Below the pieces are notes generated by a model. That model made no database searches, was not told the DNA's origin, and saw only the letters and a list, made by a program, of their open reading frames with translations. DNA of 64,000 nucleotides from an uncultured Cytophagales bacterium (lineage in GTDB: Bacteria > Bacteroidota > Bacteroidia > Cytophagales > UBA9547): positions 114,229 through 178,228 of the forward strand of contig CAMFLX010000001.1 in assembly GCA_945957555.1 (NCBI GenBank), in the 5' to 3' direction. A program made the position numbers and the translations under genes. This document shows positions 20,462-30,603 of the stretch, in pieces (the stretch's first letter is position 1; each line of letters opens with the position of its first letter).

Positions 20462-21211
20462 ATGATTAAAGCGGTTGTCATAGACGATACTGAAAAAGCT
20501 AGGGTTGCCCTCAAGAGCGATTTGAGTGCCTATTGTAAAAATGTGACCGTAGTTGGCGAAGCTGATGGTGTGGCTTCAGGTTTGGCACTATTGGTAGAAC
20601 TAAAACCCGATTTGGCTTTCTTGGACATCCGCATGGGCGACGGAACGGGCTTTGACCTTTTGGAAAAACTCAAGGCCTATCCGCAAGTAAAAAGCAAAAT
20701 CATCTTTACTACCGCTTATGATGAGTATGCGATCAAGGCCTTTAAATTCAGTGCCATAGATTATCTACTGAAGCCAGTGGATGTGGATGATCTAGTGGCT
20801 GCAGTGAAAAAGTGTAATGCTCAGACGCCCGAAACTCAACCCCTAGACTTTTTATTGGATTCCATCAAAGACCTACAGGCTGGCGCCAAGCGCATTGCAC
20901 TGTGTAGTGCAGAGAAAATCCAGATCGTATCCTTGAGCGAGATCATCTGTTGTGAGTCGCAAAGAAACTATACACTGTTTTACCTTACAGAACATCGACA
21001 AATCTTGGTTACCAAAACCCTTAAAGAATACGACGAGATGCTTTGTGACTATGGTTTTGTACGCGTACATCATTCCAACCTCATTAATCTAAAACACCTC
21101 AAGGAATTTGTAAAGATTGACGGCGGCTATGCCATCATGAGTGATAAGTCACAAGTGCCCGTATCCGTCCGCAAACGGGATGATTTATTGAAGGCTCTAG
21201 GAGTGGGCTAA
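20462..21211 (+). CDS. LytTR-family response regulator
   Basis: IDD..FLDIRM receiver, TTAYDEYAIKAFK, DYLLKP, C-terminal FVRVHHSNLIN..PVS.RKR. Confidence 0.93.
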   Translation: MIKAVVIDDTEKARVALKSDLSAYCKNVTVVGEADGVASGLALLVELKPDLAFLDIRMGDGTGFDLLEKLKAYPQVKSKIIFTTAYDEYAIKAFKFSAIDYLLKPVDVDDLVAAVKKCNAQTPETQPLDFLLDSIKDLQAGAKRIALCSAEKIQIVSLSEIICCESQRNYTLFYLTEHRQILVTKTLKEYDEMLCDYGFVRVHHSNLINLKHLKEFVKIDGGYAIMSDKSQVPVSVRKRDDLLKALGVG

Positions 21212-21655
21212 TCTCCTATTTGTATCTTAAATAATATTTGGATTGAATAGTGAGTTATTAGCATTTTATAATTTAAGGCCATTTAAAAAGATCTGCAAGG
21301 TACTTTATTTAAACACATAATTTATTATCCCACATAATTTTATGAAGACAGTATAAATGTTGTGATTTGGTGGGTAAGTAATACGACTCTTTACGCTCCA
21401 CCATCTCTTTATCTTAAGAGGGACATTTCCTAATTATAAAGAAGCCCCATTCTTGGTTCTCCCCAAATTCTTGACATTGATTTTTGTATATTTAATATTC
21501 AACAGATATATATATATTTGGTCTTTTAAAATATAGATTTTTTCATAAATTTGTGCTTAACAGATAAAAATTTTGAAATATTATACAGCCAAGCCATTAT
21601 GTCTGTTATCGGTCAATATCAGTGAGATGGAATTACTAAACCGAAAAGTTGTTAT

Positions 21656-22762
21656 ATGATGAAAAGCATAATGAGAGGTTTATTATTTTTTGTATATGCA
21701 TTGAGTGCCTTTTCATTAGCCGCACAAACCAATAAATCCAAGCTCGCATTTCCAGGCTTACACTGGCAGCAAGTTGCAAAGCCAGAGGACTTGGGTTTTT
21801 CATCGTCAAAGTTGTTGCTGGCACAGAAATATGCGGATAGCATTCATTCAACATCAGTAATGGTGGTAGTAAATGGCAAATTGCTGCGCCAGTGGGGAGC
21901 TGTAGAGGCGAAAATAGATGGACAATCACTAAGAAAAAGCTATCTGAATGCAATTTATGGGAAGTACGTGAAGAATGGTACCATTAACTTGGATACTACC
22001 TTGGCTCAAATAGGAATCGATGACATGGCTCCAAGCCTCAGCGATATTGAGAAAATGGCAACTATTCGCGATTGCATGAAGTCTAGATCTGGAATATACC
22101 ATGATGCCGTGAATATAAATGCCAAAATGAAGCAATTGAGACCTGCTAGATACTCACAAATGGCAGGTACACATTGGTATTACAACAATTGGGACTTTAA
22201 TGTATTAGGTACTATATTTCAGAAACTTACCGCTCGCAACCTTTTTGAGGTTTTTCAATCGGAAATCGCAAAACCTATAGGTATGGAGGATCTCACACTT
22301 GCAGATTGTAAATTCACGTACGATAGTACACAATCGATACATCCTGCCTATAATTTTATGGTTTCGGCTAGGGATTTGGCACGTTTCGGCCTACTGATGC
22401 TGAACAAGGGCAATTGGAATGGGCAACAGATCATAGATGCGTCTTGGGTTGAAGAAAGTACGCGTTACCATTCAGATGCCACATTATTTGCGAGAGACGG
22501 CTATGGCTACCTTTGGTGGTCGGCAAGAGATTTTAATAAGTATGGCCATATTCCCAATGTAACACTGCCAGAAGGTACCTTTTCGGGATGGGGTGCAGGA
22601 GGGCATTTTTTATTGATCATACCAAAATACAACATGATCATAGTGCATAGGGTGGATGCTTTAGATCCGAGCCTAGCCAATAATATGAAAAATCCTTGGA
22701 ATTCAATCAGCAATGAAGAATTTGGCATACTGGTAAAAAAAATACTAGAAGCTAGATTATAG
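21656..22762 (+). CDS. secreted serine hydrolase (beta-lactamase/6-aminohexanoate-dimer hydrolase-like)
   Basis: signal peptide; SLRK (SxxK), YNN (YxN), SARDLARFGLLML, YGYLWW, GAGG. Confidence 0.85.
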   Translation: MMKSIMRGLLFFVYALSAFSLAAQTNKSKLAFPGLHWQQVAKPEDLGFSSSKLLLAQKYADSIHSTSVMVVVNGKLLRQWGAVEAKIDGQSLRKSYLNAIYGKYVKNGTINLDTTLAQIGIDDMAPSLSDIEKMATIRDCMKSRSGIYHDAVNINAKMKQLRPARYSQMAGTHWYYNNWDFNVLGTIFQKLTARNLFEVFQSEIAKPIGMEDLTLADCKFTYDSTQSIHPAYNFMVSARDLARFGLLMLNKGNWNGQQIIDASWVEESTRYHSDATLFARDGYGYLWWSARDFNKYGHIPNVTLPEGTFSGWGAGGHFLLIIPKYNMIIVHRVDALDPSLANNMKNPWNSISNEEFGILVKKILEARL

Positions 22763-22846
22763 CCTTGATACAATGCACTTAATTTTTAGTGAAGCCCTTT
22801 TGAGGTAACTATGTCTTAAGCTACTTAAATTTTTAAAAATGAATAA

Positions 22847-24595
22847 ATGAAAAATAAACTATTAAAAGTATCGATGCTTGTATTGATTACATCTTTGGTG
22901 TCTTGCCAGCAAGCGGATACTACTGAAAACAATGCAATTGCGGCCGATGCGATCTATTTCGGTGGCGATATCATAACAATGGAAGGCGATAGTGCGATTT
23001 ATGCCGAAGCTGTAGCAATTAAGCACGGCAAGATCATATTTATAGGTGATAAGGTGGCCGCTGAAAAGTGGAAAGGCGACAGCACACTGATGAATGATCT
23101 GAAAGGTAATACAATGATGCCAGGCTTTATAGATCCACATTTACATCCTTCAATTGCAACCTCCATTTTGAGCGTTGAAATTACTTCTGCAATGGAATGG
23201 AACACACCCAATGGTAAGTCTATAGTGGTTAAAGATCATAAAGCGTTTATGGGTCGAATAACCGAGTTGGCAAAAGATTATCAAGAAAAAGGCTCCGTTT
23301 TATACGCTTGGGGCTATTTTAAGCCCTATCATGGAGTCATTACCAAGGATAGCTTGAACAAAATTTCGCAAACTTTACCAATCGTCATATGGCAACGTTC
23401 CTGCCATGAATTTATATTAAATGATGCCGGGTTAAAGTATTTTAATCTTTCAAAGGATTCTTTTGATACAAAGGATAATAGCCATACTTATTCGAATTGG
23501 GATGAGGGTCACGTATGGGAAGCTGGCGTGTTTAAGATAACACAACGAGTAGTCGATTCGTTGGGGAGTGTTAAACGATACAAAAAAGGATTAGAAATGA
23601 TGTCAAAGGTGTTTCATAAGGGGGGCTTAACAACTGTGGCAGAGCAAGGCTTTCCTCAAATTGACCTAAATATGGAGTGGAGCTTGGACAGTGCGGAGAT
23701 TCATAAGAACAGTACTACGTTTCGTTTTATGTTGGTGCCCAATGCCATGTACCTCTATCCAAAGTGTAATAGCGGAGCTAAGGTATTATCTTTTTGTGAT
23801 TCTTTGATCAAAACAGGTTCCTCCAAAATGGATTATGTAAAAGCTGTTAAAATTTATGTGGATGGAGCTATTTTTAGTCAGCTCATGATTTTGAGCCAGC
23901 CTTATCAAGACTGTCACCATGGCAATTGGATGATGGATCCAAAAGCTCAGAATGATGTTTTTCTTACTTTTTGGAAAGCAGATTGGGATATTCACATTCA
24001 TGTAAATGGTGATGGAGGTTTAGATACGTTGTTAGCCATAATTGATAGGGCTAAGTTGGAAAAGCCTGATTCTAAATCGAAGGTTTTTTTGGAACATTAT
24101 GGGTATGCAAGGGAAGACCAACACAATAAAGTTTCCAAATATGGCTTGCTCGTTTCCAACAATCCTTATTATTATTATGAATTGTCGGCACCTTACAGTA
24201 AGGACGGTTTAGGCATAGAGCGTGCATCTAAAATATCACCAGTGGGCTCACTTGTAAAAAGAGGGGTGCCGCTCTCCTTTCATAGCGATTACTTTATGGC
24301 GCCAGCGGAGCCCCTAACTTTGGTATGGACCGCCGTGAACAGGGTAAATAGTGCGAGTGAAACTTTAGCACCTGAGGAAAAAGTAAGTTTGTGGATGGCT
24401 ATGAAAGCAGTGACTATCGAAGCGGCCAGAAGTATTAGAAAGGAAGGCGAGCTAGGGAGTATAAAGGTCGGCAAGAAGGCAGATTTTGTGATTCTTGGTC
24501 AGAATCCATTTAAAATAGCCCCTTTAGACATAAAGGATATTCCGATTTTGGAAACAGTATTTGAAGGGAAGTCTTTCCCGATATCAAAAAAATAA
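22847..24595 (+). CDS. amidohydrolase_3 (YtcJ-like) lipoprotein
   Basis: lipobox LVSC; PGFIDPHLH, K..VDG, HVNGD, LEH, HSD, GSIKVGKKADFVIL. Confidence 0.88.
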   Translation: MKNKLLKVSMLVLITSLVSCQQADTTENNAIAADAIYFGGDIITMEGDSAIYAEAVAIKHGKIIFIGDKVAAEKWKGDSTLMNDLKGNTMMPGFIDPHLHPSIATSILSVEITSAMEWNTPNGKSIVVKDHKAFMGRITELAKDYQEKGSVLYAWGYFKPYHGVITKDSLNKISQTLPIVIWQRSCHEFILNDAGLKYFNLSKDSFDTKDNSHTYSNWDEGHVWEAGVFKITQRVVDSLGSVKRYKKGLEMMSKVFHKGGLTTVAEQGFPQIDLNMEWSLDSAEIHKNSTTFRFMLVPNAMYLYPKCNSGAKVLSFCDSLIKTGSSKMDYVKAVKIYVDGAIFSQLMILSQPYQDCHHGNWMMDPKAQNDVFLTFWKADWDIHIHVNGDGGLDTLLAIIDRAKLEKPDSKSKVFLEHYGYAREDQHNKVSKYGLLVSNNPYYYYELSAPYSKDGLGIERASKISPVGSLVKRGVPLSFHSDYFMAPAEPLTLVWTAVNRVNSASETLAPEEKVSLWMAMKAVTIEAARSIRKEGELGSIKVGKKADFVILGQNPFKIAPLDIKDIPILETVFEGKSFPISKK

Positions 24596-24619
24596 GAGTT
24601 CAACATAAAAAACAAAATC

Positions 24620-26590
24620 ATGAGTCACCATCACCATCACGTAGGGCTACAGTGCGCTTGCTGCAATCCCCTATGGAAAGCATTTCTTCCAGAGACTTTA
24701 TCAGTAGTGGAAGAAGTCGAAAAACCTATTTCCAAGCCAATTCCTCCCCAAACCTTGATCTTTCGTACGGGAACAGATCCCGATAAGGCTACAGACCAAA
24801 GTGTGGGTTATATTCAAACTCTGGAAAAAGGTGAGGATGTAATGGTGGAAGCCATAGGTATTAAAGACGGTTTAGTGGTAGCTACAGGGACTTACGAAAG
24901 TGTACTTGCACAAATGCCTGCAGGTACTACTGAACAAATCATCTATGGAGGACAGACCCTCTTGCCGGGCCTTATAGAGCCACATGTACATATTTTACCA
25001 ACAGCAGTATTTAATATGGCCACAGATGTGAGCCCATTTTTGGGTCAAGAACTTAGGATAAATACACCAAATGGTGAATATAACAGAGACTGGGTTCTTT
25101 CGGAGTTGAAATCCAAGGCTTTAGATACGGCAAGTGACGATACTTGGATTTTTGGAAGGAATGTAGACCCTTCTTTATTTGATGGAGGTGACAAGGGGTT
25201 TAATGCCGATATTTTGGATGAAAAAGTTTCAAAAACACAACCTATATTTGTCATGAACTCTTCCATGCATCTAGCCTATATAAATAATTTGGCTATTAAA
25301 AAAGTTAATGATTACTATGAAAATGTTGATTCTGACAATAAGCTTTATAACTATAAAGCGGCAAGTGATGGTGTTTTGAAGGAGGTAGTTAATTTATTGC
25401 CAGTTGCAAAAGTAATTGGAATAAGTCTTCAAAAAGCGTCAAACCTTAAGCCAAATGAATTTTCCTTAAGTTTTGCTGAGAAGATAGAAAAGGGCGTTGA
25501 GGATATTTTTGCTGATGCAAGTAGCAAAGGGGTAACCTATATTTTTGATGCGGGTTTAGATCCTGCGGAAAAGAAAGGCTTTAGTCAACCTGATTTCTTG
25601 AGATATATTGCAAACAAAAATAATTGCAAATTACGAGTAGGGGGTGCTTTGGCCATTGATACGCCAGCCTATTTTACAGCCAATGTGCTTGGAAATTATA
25701 CGCCGAATGCTGGTAATGAAACATTTAATATCCCTTATGTGAAAATAGTAACAGATGGCTCTAACCAGGGGCTAACAGGTTATCAGTTTAAACCTTATAA
25801 CTGTGATGAGAATTATAATGAAGCAAAGTCTAACGCCAATACGGGTATATTTAACTATAATAACTCAACAGAGTTAAAGACAGTATTTAAATCTGCTGTT
25901 GAAAAAAATTGGCCTATTATGGTTCATGCCAACGGTGATTTAGCGATGGATCTAGCTATAGATGCATTCAGAAATGCAGGGATTACAAATAAAAAGGATT
26001 TAGAAACAAGACGTGATAGAATTGAACACGCTTCTTTATTGTCTGATCAAAACCTTGAAGATATGCACCAATTGGGTGTTTCGCCAAGCTTCCTCATCGG
26101 TCATACCGGTTATTGGGGCTGGGCTTTTCAGCAAACTATTTTAGGCACAGAAAGAAGTAATGACCTAGACAGGTGTAATTCGGCAGTGAACCTTGGCATG
26201 CGTATCACGCTACATAGTGATAACAGCGTGACGCCTCTAGGTCCTCTGCGAATGATGGAACAGGCTATATCAAGGGTCATGGAAGGTGCGCCTAAAGAAA
26301 TTAGTGTACAAGTGTTGAATGAGAAGGAACGCATCACAAGATTTCAAGCTTTAAAAGCCATGACCTACGATGCCGCATGGCAGTGTCATGCGGATAAATG
26401 GGTAGGCTCCTTGGAAGTAGGCAAATGTGCCGATTTCGTGATCCTCGCCGAATCGCCTTTGACTTATAAGCAAGTTGATGGCTCTAGTGATGTGAAAGGT
26501 TTACGTGATATCCCTGTGTTAGAAACATGGAAAGGAGGAATAAGGACGTATATTAAAAAAGATGAAGTTACTGAAATTGCACCAGTTTGA
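24620..26590 (+). CDS. amidohydrolase_3 (YtcJ-like) with His/Cys-rich N-terminus
   Basis: PGLIEPHVH, K..TDGS.QG, HANGD, RIEHA, HSD, GSLEVGKCADFVIL; N-terminus MSHHHHHVGLQCACC. Confidence 0.88.
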   Translation: MSHHHHHVGLQCACCNPLWKAFLPETLSVVEEVEKPISKPIPPQTLIFRTGTDPDKATDQSVGYIQTLEKGEDVMVEAIGIKDGLVVATGTYESVLAQMPAGTTEQIIYGGQTLLPGLIEPHVHILPTAVFNMATDVSPFLGQELRINTPNGEYNRDWVLSELKSKALDTASDDTWIFGRNVDPSLFDGGDKGFNADILDEKVSKTQPIFVMNSSMHLAYINNLAIKKVNDYYENVDSDNKLYNYKAASDGVLKEVVNLLPVAKVIGISLQKASNLKPNEFSLSFAEKIEKGVEDIFADASSKGVTYIFDAGLDPAEKKGFSQPDFLRYIANKNNCKLRVGGALAIDTPAYFTANVLGNYTPNAGNETFNIPYVKIVTDGSNQGLTGYQFKPYNCDENYNEAKSNANTGIFNYNNSTELKTVFKSAVEKNWPIMVHANGDLAMDLAIDAFRNAGITNKKDLETRRDRIEHASLLSDQNLEDMHQLGVSPSFLIGHTGYWGWAFQQTILGTERSNDLDRCNSAVNLGMRITLHSDNSVTPLGPLRMMEQAISRVMEGAPKEISVQVLNEKERITRFQALKAMTYDAAWQCHADKWVGSLEVGKCADFVILAESPLTYKQVDGSSDVKGLRDIPVLETWKGGIRTYIKKDEVTEIAPV

Positions 26591-26621
26591 GAGGGTGTAT
26601 AAAAGCAGCTGACCACATCTT

Positions 26622-26663
26622 AAAAAAATACCCATGCAGAACTAAGTAGGCATGGGTATTTTT
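26622..26663. terminator. bidirectional intrinsic terminator between convergent genes
   Basis: AAAAATACCCATGC...GCATGGGTATTTTT. Confidence 0.75.
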
Positions 26664-26688
26664 ATTCCCCCAATAAAGGTTTTATGAT

Positions 26689-27387
26689 TTATTCATCATC
26701 TTCAGCGTGATGAAGCCTTGGTTTGTCATTATCCACAGTAAGCAGGGCAAAGTTAAAACAAGAATTAAATGCATCTGGCCGCTCCAAAGTTTTTGCTGCA
26801 ATACATAAAAGATTTTGAGTAAGCTGTAGGGTAAGCTCTTTACGAGCTTTTCTCACCGATGATTGATTGATCTTATGTTCGGCAATAATGCCACTTTGTG
26901 TATCTCTTGCTTGGATGTACGCCTCATTAAGGGCCTTGGCGTCGTTCAAAAACTTTTCGCCAAGTTCTTTTTTATGTTTTTCGGCCATCGTGACATAACG
27001 AACCAATTTATCTTTAATGCCTTCCACAGTAGCCTCAATATATTCTGTGACGCCTCCAGGGTAGAATTCTGTATAAATAGCAGAGCCCACTCCAAATTCT
27101 GACTTTAAAAAACCCTCTTTACGGCTCATAAATTCTAATACTGCATCAAATACATTTACGCGATTGATGGTTCCGCCTTTTTGGCTTGCATGCGATGAGG
27201 CCAACTTACCTAGGCTTTTTTTAAATGCTGTATGAAGATCGACTGTAGCAGCAATGTCTTCAGCACTTAAGAAAGGATCCTCCCTTTGCTGTAAGCGTGC
27301 CAAGAAGTCTGAAGCGAACAAATCAATCTCATTACGACTGTAGGTGCTTTTCTCAAATAAATCCTTGGTGAATTTTTCAAAAATCAT
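26689..27387 (-). CDS. hypothetical all-helical cytoplasmic protein
   Basis: 232-aa ATG ORF with amphipathic helices, YTEFYPGG and C-terminal FNFALL; no signal peptide or catalytic motif recognised. Confidence 0.7.
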   Translation of the reverse strand: MIFEKFTKDLFEKSTYSRNEIDLFASDFLARLQQREDPFLSAEDIAATVDLHTAFKKSLGKLASSHASQKGGTINRVNVFDAVLEFMSRKEGFLKSEFGVGSAIYTEFYPGGVTEYIEATVEGIKDKLVRYVTMAEKHKKELGEKFLNDAKALNEAYIQARDTQSGIIAEHKINQSSVRKARKELTLQLTQNLLCIAAKTLERPDAFNSCFNFALLTVDNDKPRLHHAEDDE

Positions 27388-27508
27388 GTCGATAGGTGTT
27401 TATATACAATCATTTTCAATCAATGTAGAAACGAATAATCTTCTATTTCAGATATATTCTTATTCTGCCAAAGTGAGATATATCTATTCAAATGATTTTT
27501 TTATATAG

Positions 27509-27560
27509 TTCAAATTCAAACATATAATAAAATTAACTTTATTATATGTTTGAATTTGAA
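27509..27560. repeat. perfect 23-bp inverted repeat (52-bp near-palindrome)
   Basis: TTCAAATTCAAACATATAATAAA-attaac-TTTATTATATGTTTGAATTTGAA. Confidence 0.9.
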
Positions 27561-27929
27561 TATATAGTAGTAATAGTAATTAATGGTAGTTATAGAAACA
27601 ATACTTGATTGCTATGATAATTTTGGCTTGATACCCAAAAGCCATTGTATGGCATGTTTTAAAATTATTCCAAAATAAAACGATAGGGGTGGCTTCGTGA
27701 TTTATGGTTTCAAGAGAAGAATTTCATTTTTAAGATTCTATTTCTCTGACTTTTAAGATGTATTTTGAGACCATGAATTGTTGTTTACATTTTAAGAAAA
27801 ATATGATGTACGACCAGACACTTATCCTACAGAAACTCACGATGGCAAGCATAAGACCTACATTTGAAAAAATGGCGAAATAGTGCTAATTATGTAGTTT
27901 ATTTTTATAAAATAATAGCAGCAGCATAC

Positions 27930-29327
27930 ATGCAAACGCCTGAAAATAAAATTGCAAGTACTTTTTATTTATTATTTACCACACTGGTTTTATTGATCGC
28001 TGTAAGCCTACTGGTACCCCAAAGTTTTTTTACGAGTCTTGACCTTAAAAAAGTAGATTATATAGAGCCACTAGTCTATAAAGCCGAAAAGAAAAAACCT
28101 AAACACCAGAAACATGTGGCTGTTAAAAAAGAGGTTGTTATTAAAGATACTGTGAAGACAGAGAAAGGTGTGGTAGTAACACCTGTCGTGTACGATTTGA
28201 CAACCATAGAAGATTTCAGCGATAAAGGTGCACAGTTTAAGTTGTTCTTAGAGGCACTACACAATGCCAAGACGGAGAACTGTAGAATAGCTTTTTATGG
28301 AGATTCATTTATTGAAGGCGATATCATGACGATGAACCTACGTGATAGTCTTCAGAAAAAGTTTGGTGGAAGGGGTGTTGGTTTCCTGCCCGTAAGCTCT
28401 GAAGTATCCATGTTCAGGAGAAGTTTGCCCTCTGAGTCTGAAGACTGGGAAGTATATTCTATAGCAAAACAGTCGTCGAAGAAAGAACCCTTTGGTATTG
28501 CAGGAGCTACCTACATTCCCAATGAGAGTGCATCTTTGAAATTGCTTCCCCCCAGAGCATTGGCAAATATTCATTTATTGTATAAAAATAAAGGTAGAGA
28601 TGCTGTTGTAAGAACCCAGACCAATAAGAAACATACCTCGTATGATACCTTAAGAAGCACTGAAATATTGCAAATGCAGGCTTTGGTCGAGGGAAAGGAT
28701 ACCGTTAAAAACTTTAAGATGGATGTGAGGGAAGGTGCGGGACTTAAGGTATATGGCTTGAGCCTAGAAAGTGGTAAGGGGGTTTATCTTGATAATTTCT
28801 CGATTCGGGGTAACTCTGGCTTGGGGCTTAATGAAATTAAAGACGATCAGTTTAGAGAATTCCAAAGTTTGATGAACTACAAACTTGTGGTACTCCAGTT
28901 TGGGATTAATGTGTCTAATGCTGAGATTACCGATTTTGGCTTTTATGAAAAAGGGATGACCAAGCTCATTCGCAGGCTTAAAAAGCTTTTTCCGGAGACT
29001 TCTTTCTTACTCATCAGCATGAGCGACCGCAGTCACAAGGAAGATGGTGTATATGTGACCATGCCTTCAGTTCCGCTTTTGGTAGAGGCACAGAGAAATA
29101 TAGCGGCAGAGTCAGGCATCTTGTTTTGGGACATGTACAGCGCCATGGGAGGAGAAAACAGTATGGTGGATTGGGTAGATAAAAAGAAAGCGAACAAAGA
29201 TTATACTCATCTTACCTTTTCAGGCGGCAAGCAGGTCGCTGGCGAGTTGTTCAAGGCAATCATGTACGAATATAAGACACGGTACAAACTCAAAGAAAAT
29301 GAAGAATTATCTCTTTTTAATCCATAG
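27930..29327 (+). CDS. SGNH/GDSL-family O-acetyltransferase/esterase (PatB-like)
   Basis: N-terminal TM; FYGDS, SIRG, QFGIN, DYTH; ATG at 27930 preferred over the upstream TTG. Confidence 0.8.
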   Translation: MQTPENKIASTFYLLFTTLVLLIAVSLLVPQSFFTSLDLKKVDYIEPLVYKAEKKKPKHQKHVAVKKEVVIKDTVKTEKGVVVTPVVYDLTTIEDFSDKGAQFKLFLEALHNAKTENCRIAFYGDSFIEGDIMTMNLRDSLQKKFGGRGVGFLPVSSEVSMFRRSLPSESEDWEVYSIAKQSSKKEPFGIAGATYIPNESASLKLLPPRALANIHLLYKNKGRDAVVRTQTNKKHTSYDTLRSTEILQMQALVEGKDTVKNFKMDVREGAGLKVYGLSLESGKGVYLDNFSIRGNSGLGLNEIKDDQFREFQSLMNYKLVVLQFGINVSNAEITDFGFYEKGMTKLIRRLKKLFPETSFLLISMSDRSHKEDGVYVTMPSVPLLVEAQRNIAAESGILFWDMYSAMGGENSMVDWVDKKKANKDYTHLTFSGGKQVAGELFKAIMYEYKTRYKLKENEELSLFNP

Positions 29328-30603
29328 GGTTTGTCTGGTATTGAAAGGCGGTTTTGTGGCTGTATATGCTATTTTTGCCAAACGCATCGGACTTATAGCA
29401 ATTCTTATTATTGCAAGTACCGTCATGTTTTTGAGCATACAGGCACAGGACTGTTATGATATTCCCACAAAGCCCAGCTACTTTTTAGGAAAGGAAAACC
29501 TCAATTCCATATTTGAGAGCTTGATGGTGATGAAGCAAGACAGCTCAAAATCATTGAACATACTCCATATTGGCGATTCACACATTCAAGGCAACTATCT
29601 TACTGACAAAATAAGGTATAACTTTTACAATGATTTTGGCTTGGGCGATAAGGGTCTGACCTTTCCTTTTAAACTTGCAAAAACCAACTCTCCTGCTGAG
29701 ATCAAATGTTTTAGTTATTTCAGATGGGAAAATAAAAAGAACACGCAGTTCTTGTATTCTGAGAAGATGGGTATATCTGGCAGGACGCTGGTAAACTATT
29801 ATGCCAATACACAATTTGAAGTCAAAATTCCGCCAACATTTAAAGATTACTACTTTGACCAGTTGAGCGTTTTGTATACGCCTTCAAACCAGTATTCAAA
29901 AGTTACGATAAAAGATTCTAACTCTGTAATCCTCAAAAAAACCAGTACTGACATAGAAACAGGGTTTATAGTGGATCACTACAGTTCCCCCAATCTATTG
30001 AATCAGTTTAAGATGCAGTTTAGCAATACCAATCGCAGTAAATATGCACCATGTGCCTTGCATGGTATTTGTCTTAAGAATACCAGAAGAGGTGGTATCA
30101 ACTACCACGTAACGGGTGTGAACGGTTCACAGTACCGCAACTGGGCAGCTTCTGCTACTTTAGCGCGTCAGTCTTCTTACTTAAATCCACAACTCATCAT
30201 CATCTCCCTAGGTACCAATGATGCCAATGATTTGCTATTAACCACGGTAGATTTTACCAATTATATGGATCATCTGGTGGTTTCTTTGAAAAGAGCTAAC
30301 CCCAAGGCAAAGTTTATATTGACGACGCCACCCGATTCGTATTTTCGAAGAAGGTATGTGAATAAAGATGTGGATCGAATTCGACAGGCGATCATACAAT
30401 ATGCAGAGAAGAACAAACTTGCTTGTTGGGATTTGTATGATGTAATGGGTGGTGCAGGTTCTATCAAAGCTTGGTTTGACCAAGGCCTTGCGGCACAAGA
30501 CCTTATTCATTTTTCAAAAACTGGATACGAAATTCAAGGACAATTATTTTACGAAGCATTTATCAAACACTATAAAGAATATGCAGCCGATAGACTTAAA
30601 TAA
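29299..30603 (+). CDS. SGNH/GDSL-family esterase (Ape/PatB-like)
   Basis: HIGDSH, GVNG, SLGTND, DLIH. Confidence 0.8.
   Translation: MKNYLFLIHRVCLVLKGGFVAVYAIFAKRIGLIAILIIASTVMFLSIQAQDCYDIPTKPSYFLGKENLNSIFESLMVMKQDSSKSLNILHIGDSHIQGNYLTDKIRYNFYNDFGLGDKGLTFPFKLAKTNSPAEIKCFSYFRWENKKNTQFLYSEKMGISGRTLVNYYANTQFEVKIPPTFKDYYFDQLSVLYTPSNQYSKVTIKDSNSVILKKTSTDIETGFIVDHYSSPNLLNQFKMQFSNTNRSKYAPCALHGICLKNTRRGGINYHVTGVNGSQYRNWAASATLARQSSYLNPQLIIISLGTNDANDLLLTTVDFTNYMDHLVVSLKRANPKAKFILTTPPDSYFRRRYVNKDVDRIRQAIIQYAEKNKLACWDLYDVMGGAGSIKAWFDQGLAAQDLIHFSKTGYEIQGQLFYEAFIKHYKEYAADRLK

Noticed and set aside
21505-21517. Short (AT)n run as a phase-variable repeat
   Set aside because: Too short to be significant in a very AT-rich intergenic region.
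21656-22762. True beta-lactam resistance gene
   Set aside because: SxxK and YxN are present but the KTG triad is replaced (GWG), which fits a non-lactamase serine hydrolase.
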